NCBI GenBank assembly: GCA_041651095.1
Contig: JBAZJV010000001.1
Span: 147,835 to 211,834 of the forward strand
DNA from: Patescibacteria group bacterium
GTDB lineage: Bacteria > Patescibacteriota > Patescibacteriia > Patescibacteriales > UBA12465
Reading direction: 5' to 3'
DNA: 64,000 nucleotides
The notes below the pieces were generated by a model, which was not told where the DNA came from, did no database searches, and saw only the letters and a program-made list of their open reading frames with translations. The position numbers and the translations under genes are program-made. Shown piece by piece: positions 26,087 to 35,681 of the stretch; the stretch's first letter is position 1; the number at the start of each line of letters is the position of its first letter.

Positions 26087-26138
26087 TTATTAGACCGTCC
26101 GAGCCCAATCTGACGATCGGACTGGGATGGTCTAATAA
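26087..26138 (+). promoter_or_regulatory. 52-nt nested inverted repeat in the 5' leader of the 26182 gene
   Basis: Outer arms TTATTAGACC/GGTCTAATAA are perfect over 10 nt. The inner arms are GTCCGA/TCGGAC. Loop GCCCA is complementary to the downstream TGGG. Confidence 0.5.
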
Positions 26139-26181
26139 ATAAAATAAATATCTTAAACAAATTCCCTAGGAGGTTATAATA

Positions 26182-26766
26182 GTGGAAAAAGCCAAGAAAT
26201 ATGGCAAACCGCCTTGCCTGTTCAAGGTGAATATTACTGAACAGGAGTTCATATTTCTGACCCGCAACTTTGAACATAGCGGAGATTGGTCGCAAGCGAT
26301 TTATCTATACTTTGATTCGAGCAGTGATCAGGATCAAGCCAGGCTGTTCGGCAGACATCTGCGTCTGCGAGTTCGCCTGAAATACGGCAACTATTCTCTG
26401 GAATTAAAAAATCAAGTGGCCGGAGATCGTTGGGAATTGACCCAGCCGATTTCTTCGGAAGAATTCCGGTTGATTTTCCAGGGCGTATTACCGGCCGGCG
26501 AAATTAGCCAGAGGTTGGCGGAACTTAATTTTAGCTTGCCGCTAAAATGGATCGGGACAACGCAGACGACCCGGAAGAAAGTCCATTTCCAGGACGGAGT
26601 ATTGGTTCTGGATCAGACGGATTGCTGTAATAAGGCAAAAACTTTCTATCAGGTCGAATTCCGGTCGTCGGCCGATCATCTGCCGGGAAAGGTAGAAAAA
26701 ATTAAGGAAAAACTTAATGTCTTTATGCGGCGCTATATCAGCAAGGAAGATGAAATCTGGGATTAA
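26182..26766 (+). CDS. hypothetical protein (weak CYTH/triphosphate-tunnel-like strand pattern; not secure)
   Basis: 194 aa with a GTG start after a TAGGAGG RBS. Alternating-charge strands RLRVRLKYGNYSLELK and FYQVEFRS are present, but there is no clear N-terminal ExExK motif. Confidence 0.4.
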   Translation: MEKAKKYGKPPCLFKVNITEQEFIFLTRNFEHSGDWSQAIYLYFDSSSDQDQARLFGRHLRLRVRLKYGNYSLELKNQVAGDRWELTQPISSEEFRLIFQGVLPAGEISQRLAELNFSLPLKWIGTTQTTRKKVHFQDGVLVLDQTDCCNKAKTFYQVEFRSSADHLPGKVEKIKEKLNVFMRRYISKEDEIWD

Positions 26767-26832
26767 ATTTTGAAACAAAGCGGAGATATTTATGAGAAGG
26801 ATAATTAACGGGATAATCAAAGAAATAAGCTG

Positions 26833-26866
26833 AAAAGAGGTTCGCGGCCAGCCAACCTCTTTTTTA
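26833..26866. terminator. bidirectional terminator between convergent genes
   Basis: GAAAAGAGGTT-CGCGGCCAGCC-AACCTCTTTTTT. Confidence 0.7.
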
Positions 26867-26931
26867 TTTTTATTCTATAATTCCGTTGGTTTTCGTCCGG
26901 GCCGAAACGTCGCGATGACCGGTAAGGCCGG

Positions 26932-28743
26932 CTATTGTCTATTCCTGACTTTCTCCTGCACTTCAGCGATGAAACTATCCGGCGCGATTTCCCTGGTGTC
27001 CTGCGCGCCGCGGTCTCTGACGCTTAACACCGGCGCGTTCATTTCCTTGTCGCCGATGACCAGCATATAGGGGACCTTGTCCGCCACGGCTTTGCGGATC
27101 TTATTGCCGACCGTCTCATTGCTGTCATCTATTTCCGCCCGCAGGCCGGCGTCGCGGAATTGCGCCGCCAGTTTCTCGCAGGCCGGGACATGGTTTTCGC
27201 CGACGGAAACGATCTTGATCTGGACCGGCGAGATCCAGACCGGGAAGGCGCCGGCGTAATGTTCTATTAGCAGGCCGATAAATCTTTCGAAGGAGCCGAA
27301 GAGCGCGCGGTGCAGCATGTAGGGGCGCTCCTTTTCACCTTGGGCGTTGGTGAAGTTCATATCGAATCTTTCCGGCAGGTTGAAGTCGAATTGCAATGTT
27401 GAGCACTGCCATTCGCGGCCCAGCGAGTCCTTGACCTTGAAGTCCAGCTTCGGGCCGTAGAAGACGGCGCCGCCGATGTCTTTCTGGTAAGTCAGATGTT
27501 TGGCCTGAGCGACTTTTTCCAGAATCTGCTCGGTAAAGGCCCAGCCGGCGTCGCTGCCCGCGTACTTGTCATTTTCCGGATCGCGGACTGAAAGATAGAC
27601 CTGAACGTCTTCGGTCTTGAAGCCAAAGGAACGGTACATGAACAGGATGAAATCGACGACCCGTGCCAATTCCGCTTCCACCTGGTCGGCCCGGCAGACG
27701 ATATGGGCATCATCCTGGGTAAAGCCGCGGACGCGGGTGAGGCCGGAGAGCTCGCCCTTCTTTTCGAAACGGTAGACCGTACCGCATTCGGCCCAGCGCA
27801 GCGGGAATTCGCGGTAGGAGTGCAGGCGATGCTTGTAAATCTGGACATGGAAGGGGCAGTTCATCGGTTTGAGCAGATAGGCCTCCGGTTCCTTCGCCGC
27901 TTCCTGGTTCTGGTTGGCCGACAGGCTTTGGCCGACTTCAAGCGGCGGATACATGCTGTCGTTATAGAAGCCCCAATGGCCGGAAGTTTCCCAGAGCGCC
28001 TTGTTGCCGATATGCGGCGACCGGACCAGGTCGTAGCCGGCTTTTTCATGTTCGCGATACCAGAAATCTTCGATGAGCCGCCAGAGCTTGGCGCCTTTCG
28101 GGTGCCAGAGCGGCAGGCCGAGGCCGACCATCTCATCGACATGGAAGAGATCCAGCTCCTTGCCCAGCTTGCGGTGGTCCCGTTTTTCCGCTTCCGCCAG
28201 CAATTTCAAATAGTCGTCCAATTCTTCTTTAGTATCGAAAGCCAGGCCGTAGATGCGGGTGAGCATCTTGTTCTTCTCGTCGCCGCGCCAGTAAGCGCCA
28301 GCAAGTTTATCCAGCTTGAAACTGCCGGGCTTTATTTCCTTGGTATTGGTAACATGTCCGCCGCGGCAGAGATCAGTGAATTTGCCGACGGTATAGTAGC
28401 TGACGGTGGTTTCGCCGGCGGCCTTCAGGTCGGCGATAAGTTCAGCCTTGTAAGTTTCGCCGGCCTCCCGGGCGGCCGCGAGGGCCTCGTCTATCGGCTT
28501 CTCACTGCGGATGAAATCCGCATTCTGTTTGGCCAGATGGGCCATCTTCTTTTCTATCTCCCGCAAGTCGGCTTCACTGATCTTAGTCTCACCGAAGTCG
28601 ATATCGTAATAGAAGCCGTTATCGATAACGGGGCCGATGGACAGCTGGGCCTTGGGATATATTTCCAGGACCGCGGCGGCCAAAAGATGCGATAAGGAAT
28701 GGCGCTTGTCGGCCAAGCTGGCCGACGGTTTTTCTTTAGACAT
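26932..28743 (-). CDS. thrS: threonine--tRNA ligase
   Basis: 603 aa from the ATG at 28743; the track start at 28791 is a TTG inside the leader hairpin. Motifs RHSLSHLLAAAV (editing domain), HRKLGKELDLF, RGFTQDDAHIV and FYGPKLDF. Confidence 0.95.
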   Translation of the reverse strand: MSKEKPSASLADKRHSLSHLLAAAVLEIYPKAQLSIGPVIDNGFYYDIDFGETKISEADLREIEKKMAHLAKQNADFIRSEKPIDEALAAAREAGETYKAELIADLKAAGETTVSYYTVGKFTDLCRGGHVTNTKEIKPGSFKLDKLAGAYWRGDEKNKMLTRIYGLAFDTKEELDDYLKLLAEAEKRDHRKLGKELDLFHVDEMVGLGLPLWHPKGAKLWRLIEDFWYREHEKAGYDLVRSPHIGNKALWETSGHWGFYNDSMYPPLEVGQSLSANQNQEAAKEPEAYLLKPMNCPFHVQIYKHRLHSYREFPLRWAECGTVYRFEKKGELSGLTRVRGFTQDDAHIVCRADQVEAELARVVDFILFMYRSFGFKTEDVQVYLSVRDPENDKYAGSDAGWAFTEQILEKVAQAKHLTYQKDIGGAVFYGPKLDFKVKDSLGREWQCSTLQFDFNLPERFDMNFTNAQGEKERPYMLHRALFGSFERFIGLLIEHYAGAFPVWISPVQIKIVSVGENHVPACEKLAAQFRDAGLRAEIDDSNETVGNKIRKAVADKVPYMLVIGDKEMNAPVLSVRDRGAQDTREIAPDSFIAEVQEKVRNRQ

Positions 28744-28971
28744 ATTGTTTAGTTTAATTATATTCCTAATTAAAAAGTCCCCTCCTCGCAAAAACAGCCA
28801 AAGCTGCTTTTGCCAGGACGGGACTTGTCAGGGCTCTTGGCCCGGGGTCTCGCGGTTCCACCCGGCTTTATCCGCCAAATTGGCGGAAACGCTCGTCTGA
28901 TTGTTTGTGCTTTAGGAGCCAGGCTCGCCGGTACTATCCGGCCCGCGTTTGGTAAGCGCGGCAATCAGCAT
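28744..28971 (-). promoter_or_regulatory. T-box-like leader (tRNA-sensing riboswitch candidate) of thrS
   Basis: The minus strand contains AAAGCCGGGTGGAACCGCGAG (plus-strand 28849-28869), matching the conserved T-box GGGTGGnACCGCG core. A Stem-III-position hairpin CCGCCAATTTGGCGG lies just upstream and a long terminator hairpin downstream. Confidence 0.6.
28772..28826 (-). terminator. leader terminator/attenuator hairpin of the thrS leader
   Basis: About 23 bp of stem (AAGTCCCGTCCTGGCAAAAGCAG / CTGTTTTTGCGAGGAGGGGACTT, 2 mismatches) followed by TTTTT on the minus strand. It ends ~28 nt before the thrS ATG. Confidence 0.7.
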
Positions 28972-28977
28972 AAGTAT

Positions 28978-29006
28978 ATTATATGGCAAGCGGGACGATT
29001 TGTAAA
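28978..29006 (-). promoter_or_regulatory. sigma70-type promoter TTTACA-N17-TATAAT for the thrS leader
   Basis: Minus-strand TTTACA (29001-29006), a 17-nt spacer, then TATAAT (28978-28983). Confidence 0.65.
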
Positions 29007-29039
29007 TATCCGGCCTGAAGTTTGGTTTTCGGCGAGGAT

Positions 29040-29771
29040 TTAGCCTTTAGCCAGAACCAGGCCATAAATTTTTCCGGCTCCGCCCGCCTGCAAAGCTGAC
29101 GCCGCTTCATTCAAGGTCGCGCCGGTAGTTACGACGTCATCTATCAGGATGATTGTTTGCCCGGCGAGCGGCGCACCAGTCCAGACAAAGGCGCCGCGCA
29201 GATTCTGCTGGCGTTCCCGACCCTTTAATTTAGCCTGCACTTCAGTATGCTTGATGCGTCGTAAGCCGGCTAGCAGGGGATAGCCGAAAGCGGCGCCGAG
29301 CTCTCGGGCCAATAGTTCCGCCTGGTTGGAGCCGCGCCAATGGAGGCGCCGTTTAGCCAGCGGCACCGGCGCCAAGACCACCGTTTCCCAGAGATTCCGG
29401 CCCTGGACGGAATTTTCGGCCAAGGCGAGCCGCCCTTGCCAGAACAAGGTCAAAAAGCGTCCCAGCGGTTTAGCCAGCTCGGTCAGAAAATTGTATTTGA
29501 ATTTTTTGATCAGGCGAGAAAGCAGCGGATCTTCATAATCGCCGGCAATGAATAATCCGCTTAGCGCCGGCGCGGCTATTAGCGCCGTTTGCTCGGCGCT
29601 CCGGGGAGTTTTATAGAAACGCAGACGCCTGAAACAATCGGAGCAAAGCGCGGCGTCCTCCCGGCCGCAGCCATAGCAGGCAGCCGGGAACAGCCAGGCG
29701 AGCAAGAATGATCGAAGCAGGCCTAAAGGACGGAACATAATGGCCAAATTAAATTTTTTTAAAATATTCAT
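29040..29771 (-). CDS. comFC: ComF family protein (ComFC-type phosphoribosyltransferase)
   Basis: 243 aa with the N-terminal zinc-finger-like CYGCGREDAALCSDC and the C-terminal PRTase motif ILIDDVVTTGATLNEAA. Confidence 0.85.
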   Translation of the reverse strand: MNILKKFNLAIMFRPLGLLRSFLLAWLFPAACYGCGREDAALCSDCFRRLRFYKTPRSAEQTALIAAPALSGLFIAGDYEDPLLSRLIKKFKYNFLTELAKPLGRFLTLFWQGRLALAENSVQGRNLWETVVLAPVPLAKRRLHWRGSNQAELLARELGAAFGYPLLAGLRRIKHTEVQAKLKGRERQQNLRGAFVWTGAPLAGQTIILIDDVVTTGATLNEAASALQAGGAGKIYGLVLAKG

Positions 29772-29868
29772 CGGTTCAAAGCCGGAAAAACAAACACCTT
29801 CCGTTCGGGCGGAAGGTGTTTAATTTTTAGTTGTCCGTGAATATCGGATTTGATTAGCGTTTTCCGGC

Positions 29869-31101
29869 TTAAGGCAGCTTTATCGTGTATAGCTGGTTGG
29901 TCTTCTTGTCCGTAAAATACAGGGCATGGTTCGCTGACGATACCAAGATCTGGGAAATATTATAAGTCCCGGCCGGCACGGCGATGAGTTCCTTGACGCC
30001 GGTCGTCAGGTTGATCCGGTACAGGTTGTCCTTGGTTTTGTCGGCCAATTCCGGGAACATGCCGGCGCCCCGTTCCAGGTTTTCCGGCACGGCGCAGTAG
30101 ACCTCCGTATTGGAGGCGAAGCTGCATTTATCGGCCCAGGTGTTCAGATCGATGCTGCGGCGATTCTGGCCGATCGCGTCGCCGCTCGCGTCAACGATCC
30201 AGAGTTTCGGATTCAAATTGGTGTCCGTGCTATAGACGCTGTAGAGCAGGCGGTCGCCGGTCTGGGACCATTGGGGCTGGAAACCGCGCCCTTCGATTAT
30301 GGTCGATTTGAAATTTTCGCCATTCTGGCCGACGAAGAAGACTTCCTGGCGGTTGAAATCCAATCCTTGCGTATACATGGCGACGATCTGTTTGTTCGGC
30401 GACCAGTCAGGAAAGACCGTCTTGTCATTCGTACCGATATTTTCCAGGGTTTGCGCCTGCGAACCGTCATCGTTGGCCGTTATCAGCCAGCGGTTTTCCG
30501 GATCCAGCCCCAGGCTTTTGGCGACCACCCGGCCGCTATCCGGCGAGAAAGAAAAATCTTCCCAATGGGCGGGCAGTGTCACTTGTTCTTTGGTCTGGAA
30601 ATTGTAGAGAATCTTGTTGCCGTCGGGGTATTCCAGGATGGCCCGGTTCTTGTCCGGCGCCCAAACCGCGTCCTTGACGTTATAGAAGACTTTGTCGGAC
30701 ATGGCGATGGCCTGGCCGTTCTGGTCGATGCGGTAGAAGCGGCCGTCGCCCCGGTTGTAATATTGGACCTGGCCGTCGCCCGTCAAGGTCGGGGAAGTAA
30801 TCTGGTCCTGAGTCAGAGTCGTCGTCTTGGTCGCGCCGCCGGTCGCGACCGGGCTGGGTCCGCTCGATACGTCTTCGCCACTGATGCCGGGCAAGAGGCC
30901 GGTGCCGGTCGCCTGGTTGGTCGTGGCGGTTCCCGGTCCGGCCACCGGCAGGCCGGCGCCGGTTTCCGGCACCGTTACTTCGATCGGCGTGATGTTAGAC
31001 GGCTGAAAAAACAGCCGCCACAGCAGGTAGCCGATCAACAGCACCAAGATCAGGAAACCGAGGACGATAATCGGCTTTTGATAGCGGCGGAAAAAGTTCA
31101 T
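29869..31101 (-). CDS. membrane-anchored PD40/TolB-like beta-propeller repeat protein
   Basis: 410 aa with an N-terminal TM and a Pro/Thr/Gly-rich linker. WD40-like PD40 strings FSPDSGRVV, PDWSPNKQIV and PQWSQTGDRLLYS are present. Confidence 0.6.
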   Translation of the reverse strand: MNFFRRYQKPIIVLGFLILVLLIGYLLWRLFFQPSNITPIEVTVPETGAGLPVAGPGTATTNQATGTGLLPGISGEDVSSGPSPVATGGATKTTTLTQDQITSPTLTGDGQVQYYNRGDGRFYRIDQNGQAIAMSDKVFYNVKDAVWAPDKNRAILEYPDGNKILYNFQTKEQVTLPAHWEDFSFSPDSGRVVAKSLGLDPENRWLITANDDGSQAQTLENIGTNDKTVFPDWSPNKQIVAMYTQGLDFNRQEVFFVGQNGENFKSTIIEGRGFQPQWSQTGDRLLYSVYSTDTNLNPKLWIVDASGDAIGQNRRSIDLNTWADKCSFASNTEVYCAVPENLERGAGMFPELADKTKDNLYRINLTTGVKELIAVPAGTYNISQILVSSANHALYFTDKKTNQLYTIKLP

Positions 31102-31106
31102 ATCGC

Positions 31107-31135
31107 TTGTTTATTGTTTTTAGATGTTGTATAAT
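31107..31135 (+). promoter_or_regulatory. candidate promoter of the pilus operon (TTGTTT-N17-TATAAT)
   Basis: TATAAT at 31130-31135 with TTGTTT 17 nt upstream, ~75 nt before the pilM ATG. Confidence 0.45.
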
Positions 31136-31208
31136 TCATTATATACTAAGCGGAGAGATAATTCAATTTAAATCCGGCTTTTTAGCGTAAGAATTTACCC
31201 TAAGCATT

Positions 31209-32261
31209 ATGAGTTTGTTTTCTTTTGGCGGCGAAAATTTGTTCCTGGGCGTTGATATTGGCGACTCTTCTTTGAAGATGGTAGAACTGAAGAAAAAGAA
31301 CCGCCGGATTTACCTTTCCAACTACGCCTTTAGCGAGAATATTTCCGAGGTCAATTTCATGAAAATGGATGATATCAATTATCTGGCCCGGGCGATCAAT
31401 AAAGTCAAGAGCGAGGCCGGCATCGTCGCCACGAAGGTGACCGCCTCATTGCCGACTTTTGCCGTTTTTTCCTCGATCATCAATATCAACGGGACGGATA
31501 AGAAGCGGATTACCGAAGAAGTCAACGAAGAAGCCAAGAAGGTCATACCCTTGCCTCTGGAAGAAATGACCCTGGATTGGAAGATCGTACCGGATGGCGG
31601 CGCGAAATCGGGCCCGAAAGGAGATCTACGAGTGTTTCTCACCGGCAGCCCCAAGAAATTGGTCCGTAAATATATTGATATTTTTGCGGCCGCAAAATTA
31701 GAACTGGCCAGCCTGGAAACGGAAACTTTTTCGTTGGTCCGTTCCCTAGTCGGCGACGACAAATCCACGGTTATGATCGTGGAAATCGGCGCGAACAGCA
31801 CTGATTTTTCCATCGTCAAGGAAAGTATCCCGGTCTTGAACCGCAGCCTGGCCGTTTGTGGCTCGACGATAACGAAGGCTATTGCCGATAAGCTCGGCCT
31901 GCCCTTTGCTCAGGCTGAGCAATTCAAATTCGACCTGAGCGTTTCCCTGAGCGCCGACACTCGCGAGGAATTGCCGCAGCTGGTGATCAAGACCTTAGAA
32001 CCGATAGTTACCGAGATTCAGTACATGCTTGATTTCTTCCATTCGCAGAATAATGGGGAAGTGGAGAAACTGATCTTGTCCGGCGGCGGCGCGCTGCTCC
32101 TTAATTTGACCGATTATCTGTCCAAGCGCCTGAATCTGAAAGTGATCGTCGGCGATCCTTGGAACCGCATCCATTATCCGGCGGAACTCAAGCCGGTTTT
32201 GGCCGAAGTCGGCCCGCGCCTAGCCGTCGCCATCGGTTTGGCGATGCGGGAGATTGAATAA
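31209..32261 (+). CDS. pilM: type IV pilus assembly protein PilM (actin-like ATPase fold)
   Basis: 350 aa with LGVDIGDSSLKMVELKK and ILSGGGALL. First gene of the pilMNO-pilBC order. Confidence 0.85.
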   Translation: MSLFSFGGENLFLGVDIGDSSLKMVELKKKNRRIYLSNYAFSENISEVNFMKMDDINYLARAINKVKSEAGIVATKVTASLPTFAVFSSIININGTDKKRITEEVNEEAKKVIPLPLEEMTLDWKIVPDGGAKSGPKGDLRVFLTGSPKKLVRKYIDIFAAAKLELASLETETFSLVRSLVGDDKSTVMIVEIGANSTDFSIVKESIPVLNRSLAVCGSTITKAIADKLGLPFAQAEQFKFDLSVSLSADTREELPQLVIKTLEPIVTEIQYMLDFFHSQNNGEVEKLILSGGGALLLNLTDYLSKRLNLKVIVGDPWNRIHYPAELKPVLAEVGPRLAVAIGLAMREIE

Positions 32262-32267
32262 ATAGCC

Positions 32268-32897
32268 ATGTTTTTATTAAAGAAAAAACTCGGCCGGAAG
32301 GACACGAAGGACAGAGGCTTTTTGCAGAACCCGAAAATTTTGGATGTTAATCTGGTGAAAGATGAAGTCCAGGTTTCTTTTGATTGGCGCAAACAGCTTT
32401 TGGTCCTGGCTTTAATCCTGGCCTTAGCCGCCCTGTTCGTCGGCGAGATCTATTTCGGGCTGGACCAATGGGAGAAGCAAGAAGCGGCGAGGACCAAGGT
32501 TCTGGAAGAGCAGGTCGACCGCACTAACGCCGAAATCAGCCAGCTCAGGAATCAAATCGGGGCCGCCTTGTCGTATAAGGACAAAGCGGCGATTTTCGGT
32601 GAATTATTGGATAACCATATTTACTGGACCAATTTTTTCAGCTGGCTGGAAAAGAATACCCTGAGCTCCGTGACCTATGAACAGTTCGCCGGCGGCACGG
32701 ACGGGCTCTATGTCTTGACGGCACGCGCCAAGACCTATGCCGACATTTCCTGGCAAGTCCGAGCCTTCCTGAAGGATCCACTGGTGGAAAAAGCGCAGGT
32801 CGTCGCCGCGGAGTCGAGCCGGGAAGGCGAGGATCAGACCGGCGACTTGAGTTTCAGAATTACTTTGCAAGTCAAACCGGAAATTTTTAAGAAATAG
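32268..32897 (+). CDS. pilN: PilN-like pilus assembly membrane protein
   Basis: 209 aa with a single TM (LLVLALILALAALFVGEIYF) followed by a coiled-coil-like segment. Its position directly after pilM supports the call. Confidence 0.55.
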   Translation: MFLLKKKLGRKDTKDRGFLQNPKILDVNLVKDEVQVSFDWRKQLLVLALILALAALFVGEIYFGLDQWEKQEAARTKVLEEQVDRTNAEISQLRNQIGAALSYKDKAAIFGELLDNHIYWTNFFSWLEKNTLSSVTYEQFAGGTDGLYVLTARAKTYADISWQVRAFLKDPLVEKAQVVAAESSREGEDQTGDLSFRITLQVKPEIFKK

Positions 32898-32899
32898 TT

Positions 32900-33496
32900 A
32901 TGGCCAACGTCCGCAACCAAAAGAATAAGAATGCGCTTAATCTTTTTCTCCGGGAATACGCCCCGGCTCTGATGGCCGCCGTTCTGGTCGTCTGTCTGCT
33001 CTTATCCTATATTCTCCTGCTGGCTCCGAAATTCGCGGCGGCGAAAGCCGGCATCCGGGCCAATCTGGAGAGCGAGCAGAAGCTTTATCTCAACAGTTTG
33101 CGGAAACTGGCTGTTTATCGGGCGATTGATCAAGTTTATCAGCAGATCAATCCGAACGACTTGCAGCGCTTCAACGGCGTCTTGCCCGACGATTACGTGC
33201 CGGAAAGGCTGTTCGGCGAAGTGGAAGAAATGGCGGCGCAGGGCGGCTGGCTGATCAGCAGCCTGACGATCAGCGAACCGAAGGCCGACGAAACGCCACC
33301 CGGTGTCGTGCGGCCTGGTTTGGGTCGCTATAATCTGGAGCTGTCTATAGCCAGCATCGATTATAGCGGGCTCAAGAAACTCCTGAAGATATTCGAGAAT
33401 AACCTGCGCCTCTTCGACGTGACCGAGGTTAACTTTTCACCGTCGGAAGCGACGGCCGACATCATCCTGACCACTTATTATTATCAGGCGCCCTAG
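32900..33496 (+). CDS. pilO: PilO-like pilus assembly membrane protein
   Basis: 198 aa with a single TM (LMAAVLVVCLLLSYILLLA). The call rests on position after pilN and typical size and topology. Confidence 0.5.
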   Translation: MANVRNQKNKNALNLFLREYAPALMAAVLVVCLLLSYILLLAPKFAAAKAGIRANLESEQKLYLNSLRKLAVYRAIDQVYQQINPNDLQRFNGVLPDDYVPERLFGEVEEMAAQGGWLISSLTISEPKADETPPGVVRPGLGRYNLELSIASIDYSGLKKLLKIFENNLRLFDVTEVNFSPSEATADIILTTYYYQAP

Positions 33497-33503
33497 CTGT
33501 CAT

Positions 33504-33902
33504 ATGACGAAACCAGCTTACAACATCGTTTTATATTCCCTGATCGGCCTGCTACTCTTGGCCGGCGGCTTGTTATTCCTGTTTCATGGCCGGCTCTTCG
33601 ACTATCTGGGGTCGCAAATGGACCTGGCGCCTCTGACCACCGGGACGGTGACGGTCGTGCCGCCCGGGGAGGCTCTGGACACTTCGGCTTTGCAATCGCC
33701 GCGCTTCCTGGCCCTGGCCGATTACGTGGTTAATTTCGATTTTGACAATATCTGCTGGCGGCCGGACACGAAGGCGAACCGCTCATTGATCTTGAATCCG
33801 GCCGTGATTGCCACCAGCACGGCGACCGCCACGGCCGCCACCGGCGCCACCCTAAACTGCCAGACCGGCAACGATTTGCCCTTTCAGGCTAAAGTGAAAT
33901 AG
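33504..33902 (+). CDS. membrane-anchored hypothetical protein in the pilus operon
   Basis: 132 aa with an N-terminal TM (IVLYSLIGLLLLAGGLLFLF). Sits between the pilO-like gene and pilB. Confidence 0.55.
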   Translation: MTKPAYNIVLYSLIGLLLLAGGLLFLFHGRLFDYLGSQMDLAPLTTGTVTVVPPGEALDTSALQSPRFLALADYVVNFDFDNICWRPDTKANRSLILNPAVIATSTATATAATGATLNCQTGNDLPFQAKVK

Positions 33903-33905
33903 ATT

Positions 33906-35666
<1,761 letters not shown>

Positions 35667-35681
35667 GTTTTTTAGAATCAT

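Noticed and set aside
27703-28695. 330-aa plus-strand ORF
   Set aside because: It lies entirely antisense to thrS, which has unmistakable class II aaRS motifs. This is a shadow ORF.
28744-28791. N-terminal extensions offered by the ORF track (28791 thrS, 38117 femAB-like, 22681 GNAT, 23538 C39-like, 41275/41906/42366 pseudopilins, 1962 small TM protein)
   Set aside because: The 28791 and 38117 extensions start at TTG and the 1962 extension at GTG. All of the extensions overlap upstream genes or regulatory hairpins. Internal ATGs give canonical N-termini (prepilin leaders, signal peptides, a stop-start overlap with zwf).
30271-31134. 287-aa plus-strand ORF
   Set aside because: It is antisense to the PD40-repeat gene. 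The Arg/Gly/Val-rich translation is typical of a GC shadow frame.
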